From: Spirochaetia bacterium
Lineage (GTDB): Bacteria > Spirochaetota > Spirochaetia > SZUA-6 > Bin103
Reading direction: 5' to 3'
Length of the DNA stretch: 64,000 nucleotides
Assembly: GCA_965203515.1 (NCBI GenBank)
Contig: OZ241907.1
Location: 192,001-256,000 of the forward strand
A model generated the notes under the pieces. That model was not told the origin of the DNA, ran no database searches, and worked only from the letters and a program-made list of their open reading frames with translations. Every line of letters starts with the position of its first letter. Within the stretch, counting starts at the first letter, position 1. A program made the position numbers and the translations under genes. Below, piece by piece: positions 1 to 15,450 of the stretch.

Positions 1-372
1 CTCGGTTACCTGCGGCTCGGCCAGTCGGCGCTGACCCTGTCCGGCGGCGAGGCGCAGCGCGTGAAGCTCTCCCTGGAGCTGTCGCGCCGCGACACGGGCC
101 GCACCGTCTACCTGCTCGACGAGCCGACCACCGGACTCCACTTCGTCGACGTACGCCAACTGCTGTCGGTCCTGCAGCGGCTGGTCGACAAGGGCAACAC
201 GGTGGTGGTCATCGAGCATCACCTCGACGTGATCAAGCAGGCCGACCACGTGATCGACCTGGGGCCGGAAGGCGGCACGGACGGCGGGGCGCTGGTCGCC
301 GCCGGCACCCCGGAGCAGGTGGCGGAGCACGCGGCCAGCCACACCGGCCGCTACCTGCGAGCGGCGCTGTGA
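1..372 (+). CDS. uvrA: Excinuclease ABC subunit A, C-terminal part (5' end outside window)
   Basis: Frame open from base 1: [23 protein letters not shown]...[11 protein letters not shown]...[23 protein letters not shown], the canonical UvrA C-terminal ABC domain. Confidence 0.97.
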   Translation, partial: LGYLRLGQSALTLSGGEAQRVKLSLELSRRDTGRTVYLLDEPTTGLHFVDVRQLLSVLQRLVDKGNTVVVIEHHLDVIKQADHVIDLGPEGGTDGGALVAAGTPEQVAEHAASHTGRYLRAAL

Positions 373-3300
373 CCGCACGGCGCCGGCCGGCCTGGCGGCC
401 GGCGGCGCCGCTGCTGCTGGCGGCGCTGCTGGCGATCGGGGCGGCGACCGCGGCGTTCGGGCAGAACCCGCCGCCGGCCAGCGACGATCCGTTGTTCGCG
501 CAGACCCTGCCGGCCGATATCGACACCGCCGGCGCCGCCGAGCTGCGCGCGTGGTCGCGCCGGCTCGGTCTGCCGGACGACGGCGAGCGGGCCGCCCTGC
601 AGCGACGGTTGCGGGAACACTACGGGCTGCCGGCCGCCGATCAAGCGCCGGCGCCGGCCGCCGGCGCCGGTGTGGCCGGTGTGGGCGGCATCACGGTCGA
701 GTCGGCGCGCTCGGCCCGTTACCGGTCCGACGAGCTCGGCCACACCACGCTGGTGCTGGCCGGAGAGGTCGCCGTGGCGGCGGTCGATCGCGATACCGGA
801 GCGCGCCACTCCATCCGCGCCGACCGGATCACCTATCACCGCGAACGGCGCAGCCTCACCGCGACCGGCGCGGTGGTCTACACGGTGACGACCGGGGACG
901 GCCCGGAGGTCTTCCGCGGCGAGAGTCTGTCGGTCGACACGGAACGGTGGGAGGGCATCTTCTACGGCGGCGCCAGCCGCGTCGATCAACAGGTGGAAGA
1001 GACCGACATCACCTTTACCTACTCCGGTGAGGCGATCACCCGCCGCGACGACGACACGGTGGTGCTGGAGCAGGCGACCGTGACTTCATCGGAGGACCCG
1101 TCGGATCCGCACTACCGGATCGAAGCGGAGCGGCTGTGGGTCCTGGCCCCGGAGGAGTGGGCGGTGCGCAACGCGTTCGTCCACATCGGCGACGTGCCGG
1201 TCCTCTATCTGCCGTACTTCCTCCGGCCGGGAGGCCGGCTGGTGTTCCATCCGGCGTTCGGCTTTGGGCGCCGCGCGGGCACCTACCTGCAGACCACCAC
1301 CTACCTGATCGGCGGCCGCCCGCCCGGCGGCGGCGACCGGTACGAGGACGTGCGCCGCGGCCTGTTCCTGGTGCCGGCGCCCGCGTCCGGCCGGCCGGCG
1401 GAGACGAGCGGCGAGCTGGCGCTGATGGTCGACCTCTACACCCGCCTCGGCGTGTTCGCCGGGCTGCAGGGCCGGTTCGGCGGCCTGTCGCTGCTCGGCG
1501 GCATCGCCGCGTCCCGTGCGCTGGTGGACGTGGAAGGCATCGGCTACACGCCCTACCTGCGGGGCGCGGACGGCGAGCTGGCGTCGCACTGGGACACCAC
1601 CTCGATCCTGGGCGTCGAGGTGCCGTTGCGCTACGGGCTGGAACTCGACTTCGAACGCCGCGGCGAGCTCGGCATGGTCGAGGGCAGCTTCGAGCTCTTC
1701 TCCGATCCCGCGTTCCCCCCCGACTTCCTGACCCGCGCCCACGACCTGCCGACCGGCGGACTGCTCGGTCTGCCGCAGGGCCCGCTGACCGTTCTGTCTC
1801 CCCGCAACGCGCTGGAGTGGCGGCTGCACGGCGACCTCGCGCTCCACCCGCTGATCGGCGCGCCGCCGTCGCTCGCCACGCTGACGCTGCCAACGCTCTC
1901 CGCCCGCTGGCAGTGGGGGAGCCGTGACGAAGAGCGGGGTGGCGACCCGTGCGGTGGCCGCGAACATCTGGAGGCGAACCGGCTGCAGGCGGCGTCGCCG
2001 ACGCGCTGCTTCTATTATCCGCAGACGCTGACGCTCCCGGCGGTGGCGGCGGTCGCCGCCGGATCGCTCTATAGCTGGCAGGCCGACGGCGGCGCGTTCA
2101 CGGCCGACGTCGGCTATGAAGTGCGTCCGGTGGTGTCGGTCGATCACCACTTCGATGACCCGCCGGTCGTGCACGATCAGGTCGATCTCGACATCCGGTA
2201 CACCCGCGTCGACACCCGCGCGACCGGCCGCGTCACCTATGCGGCGTCCGCCTTCGACCGGCTCGTCGGCGTCGACGGCGCGCTGGTCGAGGAGGCCCGT
2301 TGGCAGGTCCACACGCGCCAAGCCGACGCCCGCGAGGATGAGCTGGTCAGGCGGCTGCAGTCCGATCGCGACAGCACCAGCTCGCGGCTGCGGCTGGACA
2401 ACACGCTCACCCTGCGCCCGCTGGCGTCGGTGCCGAACCTGTCGGAGTCGAACGTGACGTACGGGCTGGGGCTCACGCTCCACGACGTAACATTGGATGC
2501 CGCCACGGGCGATCCGGTCGAGCGGGGCCCGACCTGGGACCGGGACGGCGTGCCGTCGCACCGCGCGGCCGCCGCCGCGGTGTTCGCCGGCGGCGACCTC
2601 CGCATCCGGCTCGGCGCCGGGGTCGACCTGCCGCCGCGCCGGCTGGACGTCGCCGGCGACCTCGAAACCGCCGCCGGACCGTTCTCGATGACGCTTCGCG
2701 GCGGCCTGGAGCAGGAGGAAGGAGACGACGCGGGCACGCTGCAGCCAAAGCCGATCGAAGGCCGCGCTGCCCTGCGCATCGGCGCGGACGCGTCGGTCTC
2801 CCAGTCGTTTCGCCTGGACCAGGAGCAGCGCATCGACCTCCTGACCACCGAGGCGAGCGCGTACGGGGTGACCGGCACCGTGCGCGCGGCAAAGCGGGTA
2901 CCGCTCGACCCGTTCGGCAAGCGGCTGCCGGGTGCCTCGCGCAGCCTGCGCGCCACCGAGGTGGCGCTCGGCTATCGCCTCGATACCGGCGCGCTCACCT
3001 ACTGGAAGAACCGGATCCGGCTCGACGCGGGCGTGCAGACCCGGCTGGCGTTCGACCCGGAGGCGTACGTGCGGGACAACTCCCTGGCCTTCGATCTGCG
3101 GCTCGGCCTGGAGATCTACCGGTTCCTGGAACTCTCGTTCGAGTCGAGCTCCGTGAACCGGCGCCTGTACCGCTATCTTCCCGGCACGGCCGCGCGGTCC
3201 GGCGAGCCGTGGGTCAACCCGATCGTCGACTTGGCGCGGTCGTTCAACTTCTTCAACGAAGACGACCGGACCGATTCGGCGTTCAAGCTCGAATCGCTGC

Positions 3301-3548
3301 GCGTCGCGGCGCTGCACCGGCTGGGCGACTGGAACCTGACCCTGGCCTACCAGGGCCGGCCGGAGCAACGAACGGTGGACCGCGACACCCCCCAGAAGCG
3401 GCAGGCGATCGTCTGGACGTCGGCCCTGTCGATCGAGGTGCGCTGGGTGCCGGTCCCGGAGCTGTACGGCAGCTTCCGCATCGACCGCGACGGCAGGATC
3501 GACATCGGGGATATCGCGCCCGGGGGTATCGACAGCGCGGATCGCTGA
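369..3548 (+). CDS. lptD: LPS-assembly protein LptD-like outer-membrane protein (large spirochaete type)
   Basis: Signal peptide; N-terminal OstA/LptA-like jellyroll segment ([41 protein letters not shown]); C-terminal alternating beta-strands; GTGA overlap with uvrA stop. Confidence 0.65.
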   Translation: MTARRRPAWRPAAPLLLAALLAIGAATAAFGQNPPPASDDPLFAQTLPADIDTAGAAELRAWSRRLGLPDDGERAALQRRLREHYGLPAADQAPAPAAGAGVAGVGGITVESARSARYRSDELGHTTLVLAGEVAVAAVDRDTGARHSIRADRITYHRERRSLTATGAVVYTVTTGDGPEVFRGESLSVDTERWEGIFYGGASRVDQQVEETDITFTYSGEAITRRDDDTVVLEQATVTSSEDPSDPHYRIEAERLWVLAPEEWAVRNAFVHIGDVPVLYLPYFLRPGGRLVFHPAFGFGRRAGTYLQTTTYLIGGRPPGGGDRYEDVRRGLFLVPAPASGRPAETSGELALMVDLYTRLGVFAGLQGRFGGLSLLGGIAASRALVDVEGIGYTPYLRGADGELASHWDTTSILGVEVPLRYGLELDFERRGELGMVEGSFELFSDPAFPPDFLTRAHDLPTGGLLGLPQGPLTVLSPRNALEWRLHGDLALHPLIGAPPSLATLTLPTLSARWQWGSRDEERGGDPCGGREHLEANRLQAASPTRCFYYPQTLTLPAVAAVAAGSLYSWQADGGAFTADVGYEVRPVVSVDHHFDDPPVVHDQVDLDIRYTRVDTRATGRVTYAASAFDRLVGVDGALVEEARWQVHTRQADAREDELVRRLQSDRDSTSSRLRLDNTLTLRPLASVPNLSESNVTYGLGLTLHDVTLDAATGDPVERGPTWDRDGVPSHRAAAAAVFAGGDLRIRLGAGVDLPPRRLDVAGDLETAAGPFSMTLRGGLEQEEGDDAGTLQPKPIEGRAALRIGADASVSQSFRLDQEQRIDLLTTEASAYGVTGTVRAAKRVPLDPFGKRLPGASRSLRATEVALGYRLDTGALTYWKNRIRLDAGVQTRLAFDPEAYVRDNSLAFDLRLGLEIYRFLELSFESSSVNRRLYRYLPGTAARSGEPWVNPIVDLARSFNFFNEDDRTDSAFKLESLRVAALHRLGDWNLTLAYQGRPEQRTVDRDTPQKRQAIVWTSALSIEVRWVPVPELYGSFRIDRDGRIDIGDIAPGGIDSADR

Positions 3549-3571
3549 CGCTACGATCGCCGCGTCGCCAT

Positions 3572-4540
3572 ATGGGGAATCCGCTCGCGGTCGTCCTGGA
3601 GGACGCCGGTGTCCTGAGCGAGGTCTGCGGAGCGAACGACCGCAACCTGCGGGTGCTGGAGGAGCTGCTCAACAGCCCGGTCTACTCGCAGGGCAATCGC
3701 ATCATGCTGGCCACCGGCGATTCCGCCACCCGCAAGACGTTCGCGGTCCTGCTCGGCGAGCTGCGCGACCGCGCCCGGCTCGGCCTCGAGCCGGGGCCGG
3801 AGGTGATCCGTTCTATCTACCGGCGGATGGAGGAGCCGGCCGCGGCCGGCCGGGACCGGCTCCTGTCGATCCCGAAGGGACTGCGGCAGGTGGCGCCGCG
3901 CGGCGCCAATCAGGCGCGCTACCTCGACCTGCTGGCCCGGCGCGACCTGGTGATCGCCGTCGGTCCGGCCGGTACCGGCAAGACCTACCTGGCGGTGGCC
4001 GACGCGCTGCGGGCGGTCAACTGCCGCCAACTGCGCCGGATGGTGATCACCAGGCCGGTGGTGGAGGCCGGCGAGAGCCTGGGGTATCTGCCGGGAGACC
4101 TGCGGCACAAGATCGAGCCCTACCTGCGCCCGCTGTACGACGCCATGCAGGCGCTGATGCCGGCGGACGTGCTGACCCGCATGGAGCAGGCCGGCACGAT
4201 AGAGGTCGCGCCGCTGGCCTACATGCGCGGCCGCACGCTGGCCGACGCCTACGTCATCCTGGATGAGGCGCAGAACACCACGCGCGAGCAGATGAAGATG
4301 TTCCTGACGCGCATGGGCGAAGGCTCACGCGTGGTGATCACCGGGGACATCACGCAGATCGACCTGCCCCGCCGCCGCGACAGCGGTCTGCTGCAGATCA
4401 CCGAGCTGCTGGCGCACGTCGGCGAAATAGGGTTCATTTACTTCGACAGGGAGGATGTGGTACGGCATCCGCTGGTACGCAAGATCGTGCAGGCCTACGA
4501 ACGGGCGCCGGTCGACGCGGACCACGGCGCGCCTCGATGA
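3572..4540 (+). CDS. phoH: PhoH family ATPase
   Basis: GPAGTGKTYLA, RPVVEAGESLGYLPGDL, APLAYMRGRTL, LDEAQN, GDITQIDLP, DVVRHPLV; start set at ATG 3572. Confidence 0.95.
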   Translation: MGNPLAVVLEDAGVLSEVCGANDRNLRVLEELLNSPVYSQGNRIMLATGDSATRKTFAVLLGELRDRARLGLEPGPEVIRSIYRRMEEPAAAGRDRLLSIPKGLRQVAPRGANQARYLDLLARRDLVIAVGPAGTGKTYLAVADALRAVNCRQLRRMVITRPVVEAGESLGYLPGDLRHKIEPYLRPLYDAMQALMPADVLTRMEQAGTIEVAPLAYMRGRTLADAYVILDEAQNTTREQMKMFLTRMGEGSRVVITGDITQIDLPRRRDSGLLQITELLAHVGEIGFIYFDREDVVRHPLVRKIVQAYERAPVDADHGAPR

Positions 4541-4550
4541 TGCCGCCTCG

Positions 4551-5105
4551 ATGATGGAAGACCCCGAGCAACCTCCGAGTACCGATTCGACGGCCGCCAT
4601 GAGCGCCGGCGTCCGCACGCCGGCCGGCGCGCGCGTCGAAGTGGGCGTGGCCGCGCGCGTGCGCGCGCCGGCTGCCGGTGACCGCGCGGCGCTGGCGCGC
4701 TTCGCGCAGGCGGCGCTCGGCGCGCTGGGCCAACGCGCCGCCGAGCTGTCGGTGCTCCTCTGTGACGACCGCTTCATCCGCGGCCTGAATCGCCGCTTCC
4801 GCGGCGTCGACGCGCCGACCGACGTGCTGTCGTTCGAGCAGGCCGGGCCGGTCCGCGGCTCGTCCCTCGGTCCCCCGGTGCCCGATCCCTCGGCGCCCGG
4901 CCCGCCGGTCCTCGGTGACGTGGTGATCTCGCTCGATACCGCCCGCCGGCAGGCGCGCCGCCGGAGCGTCCCGGAGACCGCCGAGCTGCGCGAGTTGCTC
5001 CTGCACGGCATTCTGCACCTGCTGGGCCGCGACCACGGCGACGGCGACGTCGCCGATGAGCCGATGCTGCAGGAGCAGGAACGGCTTCTGGAGCGCCTGC
5101 CATGA
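4551..5105 (+). CDS. ybeY: rRNA maturation endoribonuclease YbeY (start uncertain, 4551 or 4599)
   Basis: LNRRFRGVDAPTDVLSF, LGDVVIS, HGILHLLGRDH zinc motif; phoH-ybeY-corC synteny. Confidence 0.93.
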   Translation: MMEDPEQPPSTDSTAAMSAGVRTPAGARVEVGVAARVRAPAAGDRAALARFAQAALGALGQRAAELSVLLCDDRFIRGLNRRFRGVDAPTDVLSFEQAGPVRGSSLGPPVPDPSAPGPPVLGDVVISLDTARRQARRRSVPETAELRELLLHGILHLLGRDHGDGDVADEPMLQEQERLLERLP

Positions 5106-5895
5106 GCATCCTGAACCGATTGCTGCGCAAGCCGACCCGGGAGGAGCGACGGATCGAGGCGCTCGGCCCGCACGCGCGGGAGATGATCGACGGCGTGGCG
5201 CAACTCTCCTCGACCACCGTCAGGGAGATCATGGTGCCGCGCCCGGACGTGGTGTTCGTATCGGTCGACACCAAGCCCGAGGAGCTGCTCGACACCATCA
5301 CGGAGAGCGGCCACTCCCGGCTGCCGGTCTACCACAAGACGGTCGACGAAGTGATCGGCGTGCTGTACGCCAAGGACCTGCTGGGTCAGGTCGTCCGCAA
5401 CGGCCGGACCGTGGATGCCGGCAAGGCGATGCGCAAGCCGTACTTCGTCCCGGAGAGCAAGCGCGTCGACGAACTGCTGCACGAGTTTCAGCGCCGCCGA
5501 GTCCACTTGGCGATCGTCGTGGACGAGTACGGCGGCACCTCCGGGATCGCCTGCATGGAGGACGTGCTGGAGGTGATCGTCGGCGACATACAGGACGAGT
5601 TCGACAATGAGAGCGAGGCGGTCCTCAAGCTGGGGATGGGCATCTACCTGTGCGACGCGCGGGTCCGCCTAGACCAGCTCGCCGACCAGGGCTTGGCGCT
5701 GGAGCTGCCGGCCGAGGAGTTCGATACGCTGGGCGGATTCGTCTTCGACCTGTTCGGCAAGATCCCGGTGATCTACGATACGAAGCGCTACCGGAACGCC
5801 GACTTCGTGATCCACGGGATGGACGGTCACCGCATCACGCGCGTGAAGATCGTCCTCCGCCCGGAACCGGACGGCGAACCGCAGGATCGCTCCGC

Positions 5896-5899
<4 letters not shown>
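5102..5899 (+). CDS. HlyC/CorC family CBS-domain protein (Mg/Co transport-associated, TlyC-like)
   Basis: [56 protein letters not shown]. Confidence 0.92.
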
Positions 5900-7243
<1,344 letters not shown>

Positions 7244-7251
<8 letters not shown>

Positions 7252-8029
7252 GTCCGACGCACGCGGCGCGAGCGGCCGCGGCGTGCTGATCACCGGCAAC
7301 TGGAAGATGAACCTGCTGCGCGCGTCGTCGCGCGAACTGGCGGCCGGCGTGGTCCGGGAGCTGGCCGCCAGGCGTCCCGGCGCCGGCGTGCGGGTGGCGC
7401 TGGCGCCGCCGTTCACGGCGATCGACGTGGTGCGCGACGCGATTCGCGGATCGGGCGTGCTGCTGGCAGCGCAGGACGTGGCGGCCGCGCGCGCGGGGGC
7501 GCACACCGGCGAGGTGTCGGCGGAGATGCTGGCCGACGCGGGCGTGGAGCTGGTCATCGTCGGCCATTCGGAGCGCCGTCACGGCCTGGGAGAGACCGAT
7601 GCCGTGGTGCTGGACAAGGTGCAGCGCGCCTGCGAAGCCGGCCTGCAGGTGACCCTGTGCGTGGGAGAGACCGGCGCGGAGCGCGACGCCGGCCGCGCGG
7701 AGCAGGTCGTCGCGCGACAGGTCGACGCCGTGGCGTCGCGGGTCGACCTGCGCCGGGCGTCGCTGCAGGTCGCCTACGAACCGGTCTGGGCGATCGGCAC
7801 CGGGCGCAACGCCACGCCCGACGACGCGCGCCGGATGCACGCCCGGATCCGCGCCGCGGTGGCGGCCGCCGCCGGCGGCGACGCCGCGCGGGCCCTGATC
7901 ATCCAGTACGGCGGCTCGGTGAAGCCGGACAACGCCGCCGCCATGCTGGCGCAGGAGGGCGTCGACGGTCTGCTGGTCGGCGGCGCGTCGCTGGAGGCGG
8001 CTTCGTTCGCGGCCGTGGTACCCCTCTAG
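7244..8029 (+). CDS. tpiA: Triosephosphate isomerase
   Basis: [43 protein letters not shown]. Confidence 0.97.
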
Positions 8030-8055
8030 TGGTGTGCCCCTAGCGGTCGTACCCT

Positions 8056-8061
8056 TATAAT
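8056..8061 (+). promoter_or_regulatory. Putative sigma70 -10 box (TATAAT) upstream of secG/atp operon
   Basis: Consensus TATAAT in an AT-richer patch 18 nt upstream of the secG ATG. Confidence 0.55.
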
Positions 8062-8079
8062 GGATATGATGGAATCCGA

Positions 8080-8562
8080 ATGGCGCTCGCCGGAATACTG
8101 ATACTGGTCGTCTTCATCGTCAGCGCGGTGCTGCTGGTCCTGGTCGTCCTGATTCAGGATGACCAGGGGCAGGGCATCGGCGGCATGTTCGGCGGTGGGG
8201 AGGGCTCTTCGCCGTTCGGTTCCCGGACCGGCAACGTGCTGACCAAGTTCACGTCGATCCTGGGGGCCGTGTTTCTGGTCGCCGCGTTCTCGCTGGCGTG
8301 GCTGAACCGTACGCCCGACCGGGACGACTTCCTGGAACGGGCGCGGCTGCAGTCGCTGGAGGCTGAGGAAGGCCGATGGTGGGTGCGGCCGGACCCCGCG
8401 CCGGAGGGCGCCGACGCGCCGCAAGCCGAAGGGGCGGAAGCCGTCGAGACCGGCGCCGCCGCCGGGCCGGCTGACGCCGCCGCCGATCAGGGGGCGGCGA
8501 CCGGTACCGTCGGGCAGGCGGAGGCTGCCACCGGCTCCGCCGGGAGCGGGTCCGGCCCGTGA
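8080..8562 (+). CDS. secG: Preprotein translocase subunit SecG with acidic Ala-rich C-terminal tail
   Basis: Two TM helices flanking VLIQDDQGQGIGGMFGGG...NVLTKFTSILG; follows tpiA. Confidence 0.92.
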   Translation: MALAGILILVVFIVSAVLLVLVVLIQDDQGQGIGGMFGGGEGSSPFGSRTGNVLTKFTSILGAVFLVAAFSLAWLNRTPDRDDFLERARLQSLEAEEGRWWVRPDPAPEGADAPQAEGAEAVETGAAAGPADAAADQGAATGTVGQAEAATGSAGSGSGP

Positions 8563-8710
8563 AGGTGGACCGGCCCGTAGAGGCGGCCCGGCCCGTAGAG
8601 GCGGCCCGGCCCGTAGAGGCGGCCCGGCCCGTAGAGGCGGCCCGGCCCGTAGAGGCGGTCCGGCCCGTGAAGGCGGCCCGGCCCGTGAAGGCGGCCCGGC
8701 CGTGAAGGCG
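8552..8710 (+). repeat. 18-bp tandem repeat (ccggcccgtagaggcggc / ccggcccgtgaaggcggc) x8 plus one partial unit with a 1-nt deletion, spanning secG stop to atpB start
   Basis: Read directly; first unit contains the secG TGA, last partial unit contains the atpB GTG. Confidence 0.97.
8559..8705 (+). CDS. Putative repeat-encoded 48-aa coupling peptide MKVDRP(VEAARP)4VEAVRP(VKAARP)2
   Basis: GTG 8559 overlaps secG TGA (GTGA); frame has no stops to TGA 8703-8705, which overlaps atpB GTG 8702 (GTGA). Translation is not demonstrated. Confidence 0.4.
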   Translation: MKVDRPVEAARPVEAARPVEAARPVEAARPVEAVRPVKAARPVKAARP

Positions 8711-9637
8711 CTCCTGATCGTGCTGGCGGTGGCCGCCGTGGTCGCCGTGGGGTTCGTGATCTTCCCGTCGGACCGGGCCGCCATCGAGATGGCGGCCGAG
8801 CAGATCGGGCTGGGCCCGATCTTCACCAACGCCTTTCTGACCTCCATCGTGCTGTCGGCCGCGCTCGTGGTCTTTGCCTTCATCGTGGGCCGGCGGCTGC
8901 AGGAACGGCCGGGCGGCGTGCAGAACGTGGTGGAGAGCGTCATCGAAGGGCTGCACAACCTGGTCAAGGACGTCGCCCCGGCGCGCTGGGCGGAGACCTT
9001 CTTCCCGATCGTCGCCACCATCTTCATCTACCTGATCGTCGTGAACATGTTCAGCCTGCTCACCCCGTTCCTGGGTGCGGTCGGGCCGGTTCACTCGACG
9101 TCCCACGGCGGCATCGCCCCCGACGCCGAGCGCTTCGGCATCCCCCGCGTGGTGTTGCTGGGCGGGGAGCTGCACTCCGCCGGCGACGGGCACGACGGGC
9201 ATGACGATCACGTGGTGATCGTGCCGTTCCTGCGCGCGCCCTCGTCCGATCTCAACATGACCCTGGCGCTGGCGTTGATCACGGTGATCCTGACGCAGTG
9301 GTTCGGCCTGCGTTCGCACGGCGCGCGCTACCTCTCCAACTTCGCGCCGCTGGGCGGCCTGCGCCGCAAGGGGTTCGGCGCCTGGGCGATCGACCTGTTC
9401 GTCGGCGCGCTGGAAGGGCTCAGCGAGCTGGTCCGTATCGTCTCCTTCTCCTTCCGGCTGTTCGGAAACGTGTTCGCCGGCGAGGTGGTGCTGATCGTGA
9501 TCTCCGGTCTGGTGCCGCTCGGCCTGTTGGTCGTCTTCTTCGGCCTGGAGATCTTCGTGGGTCTGATCCAGGCGATCGTCTTCTTCCTGCTGGCCCTGGT
9601 CTTCTTTTCGATCGCCGCCGGCGAGCACGAGCACTGA
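8702..9637 (+). CDS. atpB: F1Fo ATP synthase subunit a
   Basis: PGGVQNVVE, RAPSSDLNMTLALAL, SFSFRLFGNVFAGE (essential Arg), LEIFVGLIQAIVF. Confidence 0.95.
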   Translation: MKALLIVLAVAAVVAVGFVIFPSDRAAIEMAAEQIGLGPIFTNAFLTSIVLSAALVVFAFIVGRRLQERPGGVQNVVESVIEGLHNLVKDVAPARWAETFFPIVATIFIYLIVVNMFSLLTPFLGAVGPVHSTSHGGIAPDAERFGIPRVVLLGGELHSAGDGHDGHDDHVVIVPFLRAPSSDLNMTLALALITVILTQWFGLRSHGARYLSNFAPLGGLRRKGFGAWAIDLFVGALEGLSELVRIVSFSFRLFGNVFAGEVVLIVISGLVPLGLLVVFFGLEIFVGLIQAIVFFLLALVFFSIAAGEHEH

Positions 9638-9961
<324 letters not shown>

Positions 9962-9993
9962 GGCGGCCCGGCATGGACCGCAGGTGATGGGGC

Positions 9994-10034
9994 CGCCGGA
10001 GATGAGATCACCGGAGATGAGATCGCCGGAGATG
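9994..10034 (+). repeat. 15-bp tandem repeat (cgccggagatgagat) x2.7 between atpE and atpF
   Basis: cgccggagatgagat caccggagatgagat cgccggagatg. Confidence 0.9.
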
Positions 10035-10046
10035 GAAGCGTAGGGG

Positions 10047-10541
10047 ATGGAAAGTCTCGGAATCGCGCCGTTCAACCTGGTCGCCTACGCGATCAACTTC
10101 ATCGTGCTGGTCGTGCTGTTGCGGCTGTTCCTGTACAAGCCGGTCTTGGCGATGCTGGCCCGGCGCCGGCAGAAGATCACCGACGGGTTGGAAGCCGCCG
10201 AGCGCGCCCGGAAGGAAGCCGAAGGCCAGCGCGCCGCCTTCGATCGCGAGTTGGCCGCAGCCCGCGAGGAGGCGCAGCAGGAGGCGCGCGCAGCCGCAGA
10301 GGCGACCGAGCGCATGCGCGGTGAAATTCTGCAGGCCGCCCGCCGGGAGGCGGAGCAGATCAAGACGCGCGCGCGCGAAGATGCGGAGCGGGAGCGCGAA
10401 CAGGTCGCCGCCGCGCTGCGGCGCGAGGCGGGCGAGCTGGCGTTGCTGATCGCGAGCAAGGTGATCGCCGAAGCGGTCGATCCGGCCGCCCATCGGTCGC
10501 TGGTCGATCGCGTGCTGGCCGACATCGGTGGTGGTGAGTGA
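10047..10541 (+). CDS. atpF: F1Fo ATP synthase subunit b
   Basis: N-terminal TM (AINFIVLVVLLRLFLYKPV), RRQKI, coiled coil; operon position. Confidence 0.95.
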   Translation: MESLGIAPFNLVAYAINFIVLVVLLRLFLYKPVLAMLARRRQKITDGLEAAERARKEAEGQRAAFDRELAAAREEAQQEARAAAEATERMRGEILQAARREAEQIKTRAREDAEREREQVAAALRREAGELALLIASKVIAEAVDPAAHRSLVDRVLADIGGGE

Positions 10542-11065
10542 CTCCCGGTGAGCTGGCGCAGCGCTACGCCAGCGCCTGCTTCGGCATCGCTCTGGAAGAG
10601 TGGATCGGCGCGTTGCGAGCGGTAAGCGGGGCGCTGGAGGCGGACCCATCGGCCGCCGGCGCGCTCGACGATCGGAGCGCGCCGTTCGCGGATCGGCAGC
10701 GGCGCATGGAGCGGATGATACCCGCCGACACGCCGCCGACGGTCCGGCGCTTCTTCGGCACGTTGCTGTCCAACGGCGACGCGGCGCTGCTGCCGCGCGT
10801 CCTTGCCGACCTGGAGCGACTGGCTGTCGAGGGGCCGGCGGAACGGCTGGCTACCGTGACGAGCGCCGTGGAGCTCGATGAGGCGACCCGGCAGCGGGTA
10901 GACCGGTCGGTCAAGGGCCGGTACGGCAGGGACGTGCAGATCCGCTACGAGGTCGATCCGCAGCTGATCGGCGGGCTGGTCATCCGGGTCGGGGACGAGG
11001 TGATCGACGGCAGCGTCGCCGCGCGGCTGCGCGAGCTCGACAGCGCGTTGCGACGGGCGTCTTGA
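10538..11065 (+). CDS. atpH: F1Fo ATP synthase subunit delta
   Basis: AQRYASA, ATVTSAVEL, VDPQLIGGLVIRVGDEVIDGSV. Confidence 0.95.
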   Translation: MTPGELAQRYASACFGIALEEWIGALRAVSGALEADPSAAGALDDRSAPFADRQRRMERMIPADTPPTVRRFFGTLLSNGDAALLPRVLADLERLAVEGPAERLATVTSAVELDEATRQRVDRSVKGRYGRDVQIRYEVDPQLIGGLVIRVGDEVIDGSVAARLRELDSALRRAS

Positions 11066-11101
11066 ACGAAGCGGCTGCGCAAAACGGGACTGAACGATCC
11101 G

Positions 11102-12637
<1,536 letters not shown>

Positions 12638-12642
12638 GCGAC

Positions 12643-14978
<2,336 letters not shown>

Positions 14979-14979
14979 C

Positions 14980-15420
14980 GTGCCGTTGCGGCTGGAGGTC
15001 ATCACCACCGAGCGCCGCGCGTTCGACGGGCAGGTGGAGATGATCATCGCGCCGGGCGCCAACGGCGTCCTGGGCATCCTGCCGAATCACGCGCCGCTGA
15101 TGTCCACGCTCAAGCCCGGGGCGCTGGAGGTACGGATGGCGGGTCAGGAGCCCCGGTTCATCGCCATCGGCGGCGGTTTCATGGAAGTGCAGCCCGACCA
15201 CGTAGTGGTGTTGGCCGATACCGCCGAACATGCCCATGAGATCGATCTGGAGCGGGCGCGGGAGGCCCGCCGGGCCGCGCGGGAGCACATGGATCGCGAG
15301 CGCACCGGCCAGACGGCGGCGTTCGAGGCCGCCGTTCACGCGCTCATGCACTCTGAGGCGAGGCTGCAGGTCGCGCAGAGCCACCGGTCGTCGGCCTCGG
15401 GCGCGCCGCCCCGACCATAG
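14980..15420 (+). CDS. atpC: F1Fo ATP synthase subunit epsilon
   Basis: GVLGILPNHAPL, GGGFMEV, VLADTAEHAHEIDLERA. Confidence 0.96.
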   Translation: MPLRLEVITTERRAFDGQVEMIIAPGANGVLGILPNHAPLMSTLKPGALEVRMAGQEPRFIAIGGGFMEVQPDHVVVLADTAEHAHEIDLERAREARRAAREHMDRERTGQTAAFEAAVHALMHSEARLQVAQSHRSSASGAPPRP

Positions 15421-15450
15421 CGCCGGCGCGGTTCGTACCTCGTCGGTCGC

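Noticed and set aside
8552..8710. Possible CRISPR array (also considered for 6766-6900)
   Set aside because: Units are head-to-tail with no unique spacers, are shorter than CRISPR repeats, and no cas genes are present
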